From an uncultured Planctomycetales bacterium (GTDB taxonomy: Bacteria > Planctomycetota > Phycisphaerae > UBA1845 > PWPN01), in NCBI GenBank assembly GCA_964579675.1, contig CAZOIA010000004.1, positions 3,551 to 67,550 of the forward strand: 64,000 nucleotides of DNA. Reading direction: 5' to 3'. The position numbers were made by a program, and so were the translations under genes. Of this stretch, positions 17,925-27,447 are shown piece after piece; the first letter of the stretch is position 1; each line of letters opens with the position of its first letter. The notes beneath the pieces are model-generated. The model did no database searches. It had not been told where the DNA came from and was given only the letters and a program-made list of their open reading frames with translations.

Positions 17925-19634
17925 TCAGCGGACCAGCATGAGCATCTCCTCAAGCAACTGATCCACGATCGAGGCATAGCGGGCTGCACCTTGAAACGCC
18001 CGTTCGAAGCGGAGCAGCGAAATCGTTTCCTCATCCAGGCTCACCCCACTGATGGATTCGCGCTGGGCGGTCAGCGACAGGGTGATGGCATCAGCGGCCT
18101 CGACGCCCGCCACTGCCGCCTGGCTCGTCACCGCGAGGTTGGCGGCGATCGCGTTGTAGAAATCGGTGAGGCTTTGCCCATTCAGGCCGGTCAGGGAATC
18201 GGTCCCCAGGGCGGCGATCCGGGCCGCGTTCGAACCGTCGCCGGTCGTGCCTACCATCGCGGCGGCCAGCAGGTTCACGTTGCCGGTGAGCGTCGTGTTG
18301 ACCGCGATGTCCTGGGCATCTCGCCCGGTGAAGAAGGTGTTGATCCCCAGTGCCGCCAGCACGTGAGAACTGTCCTCGGAGAACGTCATCTCGAACCCGG
18401 TGGCCGCGGTGAGCTGGAGCCGGTTGTCCACCGTCACTGCCGCCGTCACATTGGCCACGTTGGCGTTGATCTGGGCCACCAGCGAATCCAGCGAGTCGTC
18501 GGTGCCGACCCCGTCCAGATCAACGGTGATAGTGGTCGTGGTCGGGGTGCCGGAACTCTGATCCGTGACCGTGATGAGGAACGAGCCGTTCCGCGGCGTC
18601 AAATCCAGCCCGGCGCCGGTGCTGTTCAACACCGCCGCGGAATCGAGTACGTCGTAGGTGCCAACCACATTTATGATGCCCTCAAGCCCTTGGCCCTCGG
18701 CATGAACCTTGTTGACTTCCTGGATGAGGGCCTTGGCGAGACTGTTGAGCTGGGCCACGTATCCGAGGCTATGGGAATCTCGTGCCTCCACAAACCCGGC
18801 CAGTTCTCCGTTATCCAGGGCGATCGGGCCGTTGTTGTCGGCGAATCGGACAACGACCGTCGGCTCCCCGTTGACCGTCTCAAACGTACTCGTGATGCCG
18901 CGATTCAGGCCGCTCTGAATAAGCAGTTCGTTGCCGGCGTAAACATTGATACCGCCGTCGGGCTGTTCACGGATCTGGATTTCCAGGAGTTCAGCCAACT
19001 CCCGCAGCAGTTGATCCCGCTGGTCGCGGAGGGCGTTGGCGCCGCCCCCCTGCGAACTCTCAAGAGCGGTGATCTGGACGTTCAACGCGGCGATGTCCTG
19101 CGTCAGCTCCCCTGCGTGCTGGGCTGCATCTTCCAGGTCGTGATTCAGTTCATCACGTATCACCAGCACATCGGACCGTTGCCGCTGGATCTCACGGATC
19201 AGCGAATCGGCCGCCGTCAGCACCATGCCTCGAGCGGCCAGATCGTGCGGCTGATTCTGCAGCGAGCTGCAGGAGTTGAAGAACTCCTGCAGTAGCGTGG
19301 ACAGGTCGGTGTCGGTCAGTTCGTGAAGTACGCCTTCGAGCTGTCCCAGAACCTGCTGCTCAACCACCGACCCTGACTGCTGCCCGATGGCCGCCCGGAG
19401 CCGGTTCTCCAGCGAGTGGTCCACATTCCGCCGCAGCGCCTCCAGCGCCACCCCGCCCCCCGGAGTAAAGCCTTCCGGCAGCAGTACACCCGTTGATGGC
19501 GTCATGACCGGCGTCTGCCGGGTGTAGCCGGGGCTGCCGGCGTTCGAGATGTTGTTGCCCACCACCTGCAGCGCGCTCTGGTACGCCAGCAGAGCACTCC
19601 GGCCGATCTGTAATGCTCCCGTAAGCAGACCCAT
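17925..19634 (-). CDS. flgK: hook-associated protein 1 FlgK
   Basis: LQIGRSALLAYQSALQVVGNNISNAGSPGYTRQ, NALRDQRDQLL, RESISGVSLDEETISLLRFERAFQGAAR. Confidence 0.95.
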   Translation of the reverse strand: MGLLTGALQIGRSALLAYQSALQVVGNNISNAGSPGYTRQTPVMTPSTGVLLPEGFTPGGGVALEALRRNVDHSLENRLRAAIGQQSGSVVEQQVLGQLEGVLHELTDTDLSTLLQEFFNSCSSLQNQPHDLAARGMVLTAADSLIREIQRQRSDVLVIRDELNHDLEDAAQHAGELTQDIAALNVQITALESSQGGGANALRDQRDQLLRELAELLEIQIREQPDGGINVYAGNELLIQSGLNRGITSTFETVNGEPTVVVRFADNNGPIALDNGELAGFVEARDSHSLGYVAQLNSLAKALIQEVNKVHAEGQGLEGIINVVGTYDVLDSAAVLNSTGAGLDLTPRNGSFLITVTDQSSGTPTTTTITVDLDGVGTDDSLDSLVAQINANVANVTAAVTVDNRLQLTAATGFEMTFSEDSSHVLAALGINTFFTGRDAQDIAVNTTLTGNVNLLAAAMVGTTGDGSNAARIAALGTDSLTGLNGQSLTDFYNAIAANLAVTSQAAVAGVEAADAITLSLTAQRESISGVSLDEETISLLRFERAFQGAARYASIVDQLLEEMLMLVR

Positions 19635-19636
19635 GA

Positions 19637-20158
19637 TTACCCAACCGCCTCAAATACGCTTGTCGATCCGGCGCGCTGCCGCTCTCCGCTTCGCGAGTAG
19701 ACGTCCGCGCCCGTGCTCCCCGCGGTCATCACCGAGAAGACCTCTTCCATGTGCTTGAGCATTTCCCGGGTGATCAGCGTGGTCGTGACCCGCATCCGTT
19801 CGATCTCTTCGAGCCTTTCTCTCAAACCGGCCGCGGCCACGAGCAACTGGCTTCGTCTCGGCTCAGGGAAGTACTCCGCCAGTGCGGTCAGCCTGATCGC
19901 TTCGTCCTCAGCAGGGTCCAGGTTCAAGCTCTTCACGACGCGCCGGGTGATCTGGCGACGCAGCCCCTCGCGCTCCCTGATGCGCTCGGCCAGCATCATC
20001 TCGCGGGCGGTAAGAGATTGAATTTGATCGCTGTCGGCCCGCTTGATCGCATCCAGTTTGCTGCGCATCAGCGCCGCCAATTCCCCGTGCAGCTCGAGCA
20101 TGTGGCTCAGGAGCCGGGCCAGATTGTTCGCCAGTACGTCCGCCTGCGAATCACTCAC
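19637..20158 (-). CDS. flgN: FlgK/FlgL export chaperone FlgN
   Basis: 173-aa helical protein directly upstream of flgK; LLSHMLELHGELAALMRSKLDAI, C-terminal YSRSG. Confidence 0.75.
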   Translation of the reverse strand: MSDSQADVLANNLARLLSHMLELHGELAALMRSKLDAIKRADSDQIQSLTAREMMLAERIREREGLRRQITRRVVKSLNLDPAEDEAIRLTALAEYFPEPRRSQLLVAAAGLRERLEEIERMRVTTTLITREMLKHMEEVFSVMTAGSTGADVYSRSGERQRAGSTSVFEAVG

Positions 20159-20160
20159 CG

Positions 20161-20451
20161 TCAGGACCTCTTGATCAGCCGGTTGTAGATCGCTTCACTC
20201 AGACTGTTCCGCGTGCCTTGCCCCGCCCGACGGGCAAGCTCCAGGTCGAGCTGCCCGGCGAAAATCTCCTCGCCTCGACCACCGTGACCGAGTTCGCCCT
20301 TGAGCGCGCTGTTACGGGCGATCTTGAGCATCTCTCCAAGGAAGGTCACACCGACCATCTCGTCCACCGCCTGGCGAAGCATCGCACGACGGCACTGGGG
20401 AGAGGCGGCCCCAACCGCAGCCGGGTCGAGATGCAACTGCTGGATGCTCAT
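20161..20451 (-). CDS. flgJ: FlgJ-like rod-binding (rod-capping) domain protein with no muramidase domain
   Basis: 96 aa; FLGEMLKIAR...GHGGRGEEIFAGQLDLELAR fits the rod-binding motif; lies between flgI and flgN. Confidence 0.7.
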   Translation of the reverse strand: MSIQQLHLDPAAVGAASPQCRRAMLRQAVDEMVGVTFLGEMLKIARNSALKGELGHGGRGEEIFAGQLDLELARRAGQGTRNSLSEAIYNRLIKRS

Positions 20452-21632
20452 CAGTCCTCCACGATTAATGTCGCGTACAGCTTGCCCGTCTTCTTCAACT
20501 GTTCGATAATCGTGATCCGATCCGGGGCCGGCACACGCAACTGACTCAACGCCTGAACCAGATCCGTAAGCTTGGCCCCCCCTTTCTTCTGGGGATCCAC
20601 CGCCACGAACTCCGTTGTGAGGACGCGCGGGTTGCCCGCTGTCGCGGGCGGCTCGGGGACCATCGTGGTGATGGTCAACCCCTTATGGGTAATGACAGCC
20701 GGAGCGATCTCCACGTCGCCCGTAATCACGATCGACCCGGACTTCCGGTGAATCGTGACCCGGGCCTCGGTGAATGGCATGAACAGTTGCAGACTCTCGA
20801 GACGGGCCAGGAACGGCGCGGGGTTGACCCGTTCCTCCGCGGGAATCCGCACGATCACCGTCCGAGGATCAAAGGCCCTGGCAATCTGGTCGCTGGCGTT
20901 ACCGGTTGCCACCCCGGGAACGGAAGCCTCTTCGTTGATCGCCTGGGCAATGGTGGACGCGATGCCCCACTCGGCCAGCGGCTCATGGATCACGAAGGTG
21001 ATGTAAGGTTCGTCCGGACGGAGCCAGCTAAGGGGGCGAACCGTATTGCGAACCTTGTAAACCTCCAGATCACGCCCGAGGGCCACGTAGTTGTGGATCC
21101 AGTCCTGTTCGAGCGTGGCCCCCTGAGCGATCCGGGCAACCGTCGGGACCTCAAGGTCTTCGAGTTGCAGGGGCCCGCCCGCCAGGGCCATGACGCCCCG
21201 GGGATCATCCGGATGCGGGCCCACGAGCGGCGTCAACAACAGCCGGCCGCCCAACAGGCTCTTGGCCGAACCGACGCTACTGACCTTTACGTCCACCCGC
21301 TCGCCCTCGCGCGCTCCGTCGCGGGGCAGCGTCGCTTCCACTTCGACGATGGCCACGTTCTTGGCGTCTTTCAGTTCATCCAACGTCATGATCGGATTCG
21401 CGAATCGCAGATGCGCCTGGGCCAGGGCCCGCATCGTCGGGGCGTACTTCCCGCCGTCGCCGGTGCGATTCAGCCCCACCACCAGGCCGAACCCGACCAG
21501 CTTATTGATCCGCGAGCCCTGCAAGTGCGTGATGTCGCCGATCTTCACCGCAAACGCGGTGGCCGGCACCAGCAACGACCCCAGCATCACACCGGTCAGT
21601 CGCATCCAGACTGTGTTTCGCCAGCCGGTCAT
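20451..21632 (-). CDS. flgI: flagellar P-ring protein FlgI
   Basis: KIGDITHLQGSRINKLVGFGLVVGLNRTGD, NVAIVEVEATLP, GSAKSLLGGRLLLTPL, RKSGSIVITGDV. Confidence 0.92.
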   Translation of the reverse strand: MTGWRNTVWMRLTGVMLGSLLVPATAFAVKIGDITHLQGSRINKLVGFGLVVGLNRTGDGGKYAPTMRALAQAHLRFANPIMTLDELKDAKNVAIVEVEATLPRDGAREGERVDVKVSSVGSAKSLLGGRLLLTPLVGPHPDDPRGVMALAGGPLQLEDLEVPTVARIAQGATLEQDWIHNYVALGRDLEVYKVRNTVRPLSWLRPDEPYITFVIHEPLAEWGIASTIAQAINEEASVPGVATGNASDQIARAFDPRTVIVRIPAEERVNPAPFLARLESLQLFMPFTEARVTIHRKSGSIVITGDVEIAPAVITHKGLTITTMVPEPPATAGNPRVLTTEFVAVDPQKKGGAKLTDLVQALSQLRVPAPDRITIIEQLKKTGKLYATLIVED

Positions 21633-21708
21633 GAGCGTCTCCGCACTTCGCCTTTCCCCGGCCCGCAGCGGCGGCGTCGCCGCCGGGCACTCTCACCACC
21701 GCCCGGCC

Positions 21709-22470
21709 TCAAAATGGCCGGGCCCAATCCAGAATCCGCGGTATCCAGCCCCGCCGGGTCGCGTCACGCAACGCGCCGACGTTCTTCTCAACCAGCACCA
21801 GTTCCGCAACCTGGGTGCTCAGGATCGAGTTGTCCGGCGTGACGTCCTCGCTGCGGCACACGCCGGTTACCGTGATCTCGATTTCCTCCTCGTCGTGCCT
21901 CTCCACCTGTTTCGCTTCCAGGACCAGGTTGCCGTTCGGCTTGACATCGATGATTGTGGACTGGATCCGGGTCGTGAACTGGTCCTTTCGCTCGTTCTTC
22001 CCGTCCGTCTCATACTTGTTGTCGAAGTTGAACTTGAAGCCCGGATCGCCGTTGCTCAATTGGTCCGTTCCCAGGCGATCACGTGGATAGAAGCGGAACC
22101 ACTCGCTCAGCTTCCCTTCGATGTCCCACTTCTTCTCCGTATCCAGCTTGCCTTTGGCCTTGTAGTTCTTCTGTTGACGAACGATGATGGTGATAAGGTC
22201 TTGGGGTTTGAACTTCCGCGGCGGCAGGCGGGGAATGGCAATCAGCGACACCGCCTCGATCGCCTTCGTGGATACCCGGGACTCGTCCTTGGGAGGCATG
22301 GCCACAAAGCGGGAGCTGCCCGCGCCCGCCGGCGCGCCGGTCGCGGCCAGGCTCGCAGCGGCATGCGGCTGCGCGGTCGGGGGCAGCCGCATCAGCGAGG
22401 AACTCTGACCCGCCAACTCCGAGGCCAACCCACAAACCAACAGCCAAACCATGATGCAAACCGATCGCAT
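21709..22470 (-). CDS. flgH: flagellar L-ring protein FlgH
   Basis: DLITIIVRQ, IIDVKPNGNLVLEA, VTGVCRSEDVTPDNSILSTQVAEL, GWIPRILD; ATG 22470 overlaps the flgA TAA. Confidence 0.88.
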   Translation of the reverse strand: MRSVCIMVWLLVCGLASELAGQSSSLMRLPPTAQPHAAASLAATGAPAGAGSSRFVAMPPKDESRVSTKAIEAVSLIAIPRLPPRKFKPQDLITIIVRQQKNYKAKGKLDTEKKWDIEGKLSEWFRFYPRDRLGTDQLSNGDPGFKFNFDNKYETDGKNERKDQFTTRIQSTIIDVKPNGNLVLEAKQVERHDEEEIEITVTGVCRSEDVTPDNSILSTQVAELVLVEKNVGALRDATRRGWIPRILDWARPF

Positions 22471-23714
22471 TAAAGATCCTCTTTCGTCGGGGCCGGTGCC
22501 CTGCCCGGTTCTCGATCCCGGCTGGGAATCTCCGCGGTCTTGTGACCGGTCACGATTGCGGTGAATACTCCCGCGTTCCTCTTGGCCATTTCGTTCTTGA
22601 GCTCGACCGTATCGCCGTACCCGCCGCCAGACAGCGCCCGGGCCGATCCTCTGATCATCAGGCTTCCCCGACGCACGATCACCGTCACCAGGTCGTTGCG
22701 CCGCACGAGGGGCACGGGCTCGATGTCCCGGGAACAAACCTGGTCTGCCTCCCTGATGAAGCGTTTCGCGCGCTGGCCGATCAGCGGTCCCGTTTCCGTC
22801 AAGCCGATCTCCTCGATGCGGTGGAAGACGCGGTCCTCGAGAGCCAGGTCATTGGGGCCGATCGTTTCGCCACGATTGATCTGCCGGGCCCCCACCACCA
22901 CCTGCTTCCGCAGCGAGACCTTGGCGATGACCTGAAGCACCTGCTTGACCTGGTTCTTCTCGAGGATGGTGACCTCGAAGGGCACCAGACCGAGCAAGCG
23001 GTCGCTGCGATCCCGCACTTCGAACTCATAGGTCGCCTTAGAAAGCCCGAGAAGCCGGGTGACCGCAGGTGTGAACTCGATCAAGGGCAAGCCCCCGATG
23101 TTCGCCAGCCGCTTGCTGATGTGCTCGTGGAGCGCGCCCCCCAGGGTATTCGGATCGATGCGAGTCGAGGTGTCCGCCGTCGCACCGTTCGAGGCGGGAG
23201 CAGCTCCTGCATGATTCTCGCCGGGTTTTGATCGAAGCTTCTGAAGCGCGCCCGGCACGCCGGATCGGCCGGTGCCGCTCGCGACGGGGCGCGTGACCGT
23301 GCAACGCGTACTGCCGCGGAACACCCACCGGCCGAGATTCGCACCCCGGCCGACGAGCACTTTCTGAACGTGGTTCAGATCAACAATCCGGGATCTGCCG
23401 GCCTTCGGGGCCTGGGCGATCGGCCATTTGGCCGCCAGTTCCGCCACTTCGCCCTCGACCTCCGCCAAGTCGGCCAGGGTCACCCGAGCCGCCGCGACCA
23501 CCGCGGTGGGGTACATGCGAACGATCGTTTCGGCGGAGCTGCTTTCCGGGCGACGGTCGGCCCCATCGCCAACACCCGCCGCGGCAACCGCCGACACGCA
23601 GGCCAGGGCCGCTGCCACGATGCCCGCACGCACCGGCCCTGCGGCATGCTTCAAGTCGAAATGATTGCCGCCCTCAATCCCTCCATCCAGCAGTGTCCGC
23701 TTTGCATCCTGCAT
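22470..23714 (-). CDS. flgA: P-ring assembly chaperone FlgA, with N-terminal extension
   Basis: VVVGARQINRGETIGPNDL SAF domain, PLVRRNDLVTVIVRRGSLMI...ALSGGGYGDTVELKN; SD GGAGG. Confidence 0.88.
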   Translation of the reverse strand: MQDAKRTLLDGGIEGGNHFDLKHAAGPVRAGIVAAALACVSAVAAAGVGDGADRRPESSSAETIVRMYPTAVVAAARVTLADLAEVEGEVAELAAKWPIAQAPKAGRSRIVDLNHVQKVLVGRGANLGRWVFRGSTRCTVTRPVASGTGRSGVPGALQKLRSKPGENHAGAAPASNGATADTSTRIDPNTLGGALHEHISKRLANIGGLPLIEFTPAVTRLLGLSKATYEFEVRDRSDRLLGLVPFEVTILEKNQVKQVLQVIAKVSLRKQVVVGARQINRGETIGPNDLALEDRVFHRIEEIGLTETGPLIGQRAKRFIREADQVCSRDIEPVPLVRRNDLVTVIVRRGSLMIRGSARALSGGGYGDTVELKNEMAKRNAGVFTAIVTGHKTAEIPSRDREPGRAPAPTKEDL

Positions 23715-23808
23715 CGACGACCTCCGCGCCGTTACCAGGCTCCGCGGGCAACCCTACTCCTCGTGCCCGCCGCTTCCTCGCCTCCGCGGTTCGACCTTAC
23801 CTTGGCGC

Positions 23809-24615
23809 CTACCTCCGCAGATTCGCTACCACGCGCAGCATGTCATCCGCGCTCTGGATTGCCTGAGAGTTCAACTCAAACCCCCGCTGGGTGAAGATCA
23901 GGTCCACCAGTTCACGAACCGGCTCGACGTTGCTGCCTTCCAGCACCCCGCTCTTGAGGGCCCCGAGCCCGTCCTCCATCGGGTTACCCTCAATGGGCGT
24001 CCCCGAGGCATCCGTCTCGATGAAGAGGTTCTTGCCGATCGAGAGCAGACCCTCGGGATTAACGAACCGGGACAGCTCGATCTGACCCACCTGCACCAAC
24101 TCCGGGTTGCCCTGCTGAAGAACCCTGACCTGGCCCGTCCGCTCGATCTCGACCTGGATGACGTCTTCCCCCAGGGTCACCGGCGGCTCCAGCAGCGAGC
24201 CGTCGCTGTTGGCCAGCACCAGGTTGCCGTTGGCGTTCTGGACGAAGTTGCCCGCACGGGTGTAGGCAATGATCTCCTCCCCGTTGTGGTAGGTCCTGAC
24301 CTTGAAGAAGCCCGGCCCCTCGATGGCTACGTCCAGTTCCCGACCGGTCAGGTCGAGCGTGCCGTTCTCGAAATTCAGTTGCGTACCCGAGACCTGTACT
24401 CCAAGCCCGACCTGGATGCCGTGGGGGTTCGGCTCGTCGTTGACATCCCGCACGCCCGGCTCCCGGCGAATCTGGTACAGCAGGTCCTCGAAATTCACCC
24501 GCGATCGTTTGAACCCGACGGTATTGACGTTGGCGAGGTTGTTGGCCACCACGTTGAGCTTCGTGTCAAGCGCTCTCATCCCCGTGGCGGCAGCATGCAT
24601 CGCGCTGATACCCAT
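23809..24615 (-). CDS. flgG: distal rod protein FlgG
   Basis: AATGMRALDTKLNVVANNLANVNTVGFKRSRVNFEDLLYQ, LEGSNVEPVRELVDLIFTQRGFELNSQAIQSADDML. Confidence 0.95.
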   Translation of the reverse strand: MGISAMHAAATGMRALDTKLNVVANNLANVNTVGFKRSRVNFEDLLYQIRREPGVRDVNDEPNPHGIQVGLGVQVSGTQLNFENGTLDLTGRELDVAIEGPGFFKVRTYHNGEEIIAYTRAGNFVQNANGNLVLANSDGSLLEPPVTLGEDVIQVEIERTGQVRVLQQGNPELVQVGQIELSRFVNPEGLLSIGKNLFIETDASGTPIEGNPMEDGLGALKSGVLEGSNVEPVRELVDLIFTQRGFELNSQAIQSADDMLRVVANLRR

Positions 24616-24639
24616 CGCGTTTACTCAACCTTTCGGTAT

Positions 24640-25401
24640 CTACCGAAGCCGGGCGATGTCATTGACCGCCCGTCCCAACGTCGAATCCGCCAGGCCAATG
24701 AGCGTCGCATTGAGCTCATAGGCCCGGGACACCTCGATCATGGCCACCATTGTTTGCGTCGGATCGACCGTGGAAGCCTCGACCGCCCCCGTGCGCAACT
24801 GCGCGGCCCGCGGCGCCGGCTCCACGCCCACCGCCTCGAACAGGTTCCCGCCGATCTTGCGGAACCGCGAGGTGTCTTCCAAGCCGACTACGCCCAGCCG
24901 CCCGAAGGTCGCGTTGCCCGCACGCACCTCCCCGCTTGCCTCAATCCGCACCTTGTCCGTGGCTTCTTCGGAAACCACGATCGGCTGCCCCTGGTCGTCG
25001 AGCACCGGATGGTTTCCCGCAACCGTGACCAGTTCGCCGCCGGCGTTGAGCGTGAATCGCCCGTCCCGAGTGTAGCGCACCGCGTCCCCGTCACGCACCG
25101 CAAAGAAGCCGTCGCCTGCCAGGGCCACATCCAACGGACCCCTTGTCGCTTTGATCACCCCTTGCTCAAAGCTGGTATGCGTCGGCGCGACGAATGAACC
25201 GCCGGTCATCCGATCCAACCCCGGATTGCTCCAGGACGAATCGGTGATATCCTCCTCGGACGCCACCTGACGCTCACGCACGATGGTCAGATCATGCTTG
25301 AAGCCGGCCGTATCGACGTTGGCCAGGTTATTGGCCAGTACCGCTTGTCGATACTGATTCACCTGAAGGCCGGCTGCTGATTGATAAATGCCATAGACCA
25401 T
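24640..25401 (-). CDS. flgF: proximal rod protein FlgF
   Basis: MVYGIYQSAAGL...LANNLANVDTAGFK, YTRDGRF, VEASTVDPTQTMVAMIEVSRAYELN; directly upstream of flgG. Confidence 0.88.
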   Translation of the reverse strand: MVYGIYQSAAGLQVNQYRQAVLANNLANVDTAGFKHDLTIVRERQVASEEDITDSSWSNPGLDRMTGGSFVAPTHTSFEQGVIKATRGPLDVALAGDGFFAVRDGDAVRYTRDGRFTLNAGGELVTVAGNHPVLDDQGQPIVVSEEATDKVRIEASGEVRAGNATFGRLGVVGLEDTSRFRKIGGNLFEAVGVEPAPRAAQLRTGAVEASTVDPTQTMVAMIEVSRAYELNATLIGLADSTLGRAVNDIARLR

Positions 25402-25488
25402 CGCGTATCCAACCTCGCTTACCGGCGGCTCATTCGTCACGCGGATAGCGCCCGTCCTTCGCTTGAGCCGGTCCAGCTACCGTTTCAT

Positions 25489-25680
25489 CTATTCGTCCCT
25501 CCCGCGGTAGGCTGCCCCGGCCTCTTCAACCGCCGGTCCGTCGTGCGTCATCCGGACTCGCTCGGCCAGATGAATATCGCTGGCCATGATGGCGGCCTGC
25601 ACTATGCGCGCGCCGATGGTGGTCCAATCCATGGACCTTCCCTTGCGATCCGTCGCTCCGTGCACCAGTCGCACGCCCAT
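25489..25680 (-). CDS. small hypothetical protein (63 aa) at the head of the flgF operon
   Basis: SD GAGGAG 7 nt before ATG 25680; alternative start at 25632 with an AAGGGAAGG SD; no recognisable domain. Confidence 0.35.
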   Translation of the reverse strand: MGVRLVHGATDRKGRSMDWTTIGARIVQAAIMASDIHLAERVRMTHDGPAVEEAGAAYRGRDE

Positions 25681-25756
25681 CGACACACTCCTCACGCAAG
25701 CCGGTCATCACCCGCTACTCATCGAGGTGGACCGACGGTGCTTGCCCCGGCGTCGG

Positions 25757-25771
25757 GCAACCGGTGTGCCA
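25757..25771 (-). promoter_or_regulatory. sigma54 (RpoN) -24/-12 promoter of the flgF-flgL operon
   Basis: Minus strand TGGCAC-ACCGG-TTGC, an exact consensus with exact spacing, oriented toward flgF. Confidence 0.75.
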
Positions 25772-25996
25772 GAACATCGCGGCGCGCGAATTGCGGAGGG
25801 CGCAACGATCCCCACACACGGTAAGTGCTTTGTATACAAGAGATTACGGAGATTGGTGAACCAGGCAGGCGCCCTGGGGGCGTCGTCCGCGCTTCCTCCC
25901 CGCGCCGCGCAACTCCTGCCTGAGGCCGGCAACTCTTGCCGACCCTCGACGCCTCCAACGAATGGTTATGCCCGACTTGCCTCGCTCAGACCAGCG

Positions 25997-27346
25997 TCAC
26001 CCCGCCAGCGAGCGAACCAACTTGCGAAAGGCCTCGCCCCGCTCCTCGTAGTTGCTGAACATGTCGTAACTGGTGCAGGCGGGCGACAGCACCACGACGT
26101 CGCCCTGGTGGGCCAGGCTCCGGGCCCGGCCAACCGCCTCCTCAAAGCCGTCGGCCAATTCCACCTGCGCCGAACGCGATGAACGGTCCACGTGCTTCGC
26201 TACTTCCTCGAAGAGCTTGTCTCTGGTTTCGCCGTAGCACACCACCGCCCTGGCCTTGCAGGCGAGCCGGCTACCGAGGTCCTCGAACGCCATTCCCTTG
26301 TCCCTGCCCCCCACCAGCATCACCACCGGCTCGGCAAACGTCTCCAAGGCAATGCAGGCCGATTCCGGCGTGGTTGACTTGGAATCGTTGAAGTACCGGA
26401 CCCCGTCGTGCTCACCGACCAGTTCAAGACGGTGCGGCAAACCGGTGAACGTGGCCAGCCCCCGCGCGATCAAATCGTCCCCGAGACCCACGGCCCGTGC
26501 AACCGCCACCGCGGCGGCCGCGTTCTCCTCGTTATGGCGGCCCGGCACGCGCAAAGCATCCCTGAATCCAGGCTCAAACTCGTAGCGGCGGATTCGCGGG
26601 CCCCCGCCCACACGTTCGACCTCTCTTGCCAGAGCGCCCTGCTCGCGGTGGATCAACACCAGACTGTCCGGCGACTGAAACCGGACTATGTTCAACTTGG
26701 CGTCCGTGTAGGCCTCCATGGTGCGGTGCCGGTCCAGGTGATTCGGTTTGATGTTCGTGATCACCGCCACCAGGGGACTCCACGCCAACGCCGCCAGATC
26801 CTCCAATTGGAAGCTGGACAGCTCAAGCACCACGATGTCATCCGCGGTCATGTGATCCAGATGACTCAGCAGTGAGCACCCGATATTGCCGCCGACGTGG
26901 ACTGGTGGCAGATGCCCCGCCGACCAGGCGGTCGTCAGGATCGCCCCGATCATCGCGGTGGTCGTGCTCTTGCCCGCCGATCCCGTCACGCCAACCACCA
27001 GCCGGGCGCAGCAACGCTCGACAAAGAGGTTCATCTCACTACTGAGCGGAATCCCGCGGGTGACGGCTTCCTGAACGAACTCGGACCTGGCCTTGTCAAC
27101 CGCCGGGCTGACCACGAGCAGATCGCACCCATCCAGGTCGCCCGGGTCGTGCCCCCCCAGATGCAGAGTCACCGGCAACCCGGCCAGTTGGACGACGCTC
27201 TCGGCGAGCACGTCGGCTGACTCACGGTCGGTCACCGTGACCCGGGCACCGCACTCGACGAGCCACCGGCTCACCGCAATCCCACCCCCGAACCGCCCCA
27301 GGCCCATCACCACCACTCGTCGCCCAGCCAGATCGCTCGCTTTCAT
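25997..27346 (-). CDS. murD: UDP-N-acetylmuramoyl-L-alanine--D-glutamate ligase
   Basis: VVVMGLGRFGGG, GVTGSAGKSTT, GGNIG, ELSSFQLE, NHLDRH, NDSKST, LSPACTSYDMFSNYEERG; TACAAT-N7-ATG start. Confidence 0.93.
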   Translation of the reverse strand: MKASDLAGRRVVVMGLGRFGGGIAVSRWLVECGARVTVTDRESADVLAESVVQLAGLPVTLHLGGHDPGDLDGCDLLVVSPAVDKARSEFVQEAVTRGIPLSSEMNLFVERCCARLVVGVTGSAGKSTTTAMIGAILTTAWSAGHLPPVHVGGNIGCSLLSHLDHMTADDIVVLELSSFQLEDLAALAWSPLVAVITNIKPNHLDRHRTMEAYTDAKLNIVRFQSPDSLVLIHREQGALAREVERVGGGPRIRRYEFEPGFRDALRVPGRHNEENAAAAVAVARAVGLGDDLIARGLATFTGLPHRLELVGEHDGVRYFNDSKSTTPESACIALETFAEPVVMLVGGRDKGMAFEDLGSRLACKARAVVCYGETRDKLFEEVAKHVDRSSRSAQVELADGFEEAVGRARSLAHQGDVVVLSPACTSYDMFSNYEERGEAFRKLVRSLAG

Positions 27347-27447
27347 GACCGGGATTGTAACCACCAGACCGGCCTGTGTGGAAGGAAAGATGAACAGGCA
27401 GCAGGACGAGGCGCAGCACCCGCGCCCGCAGGACAGGATCAAGCGTC

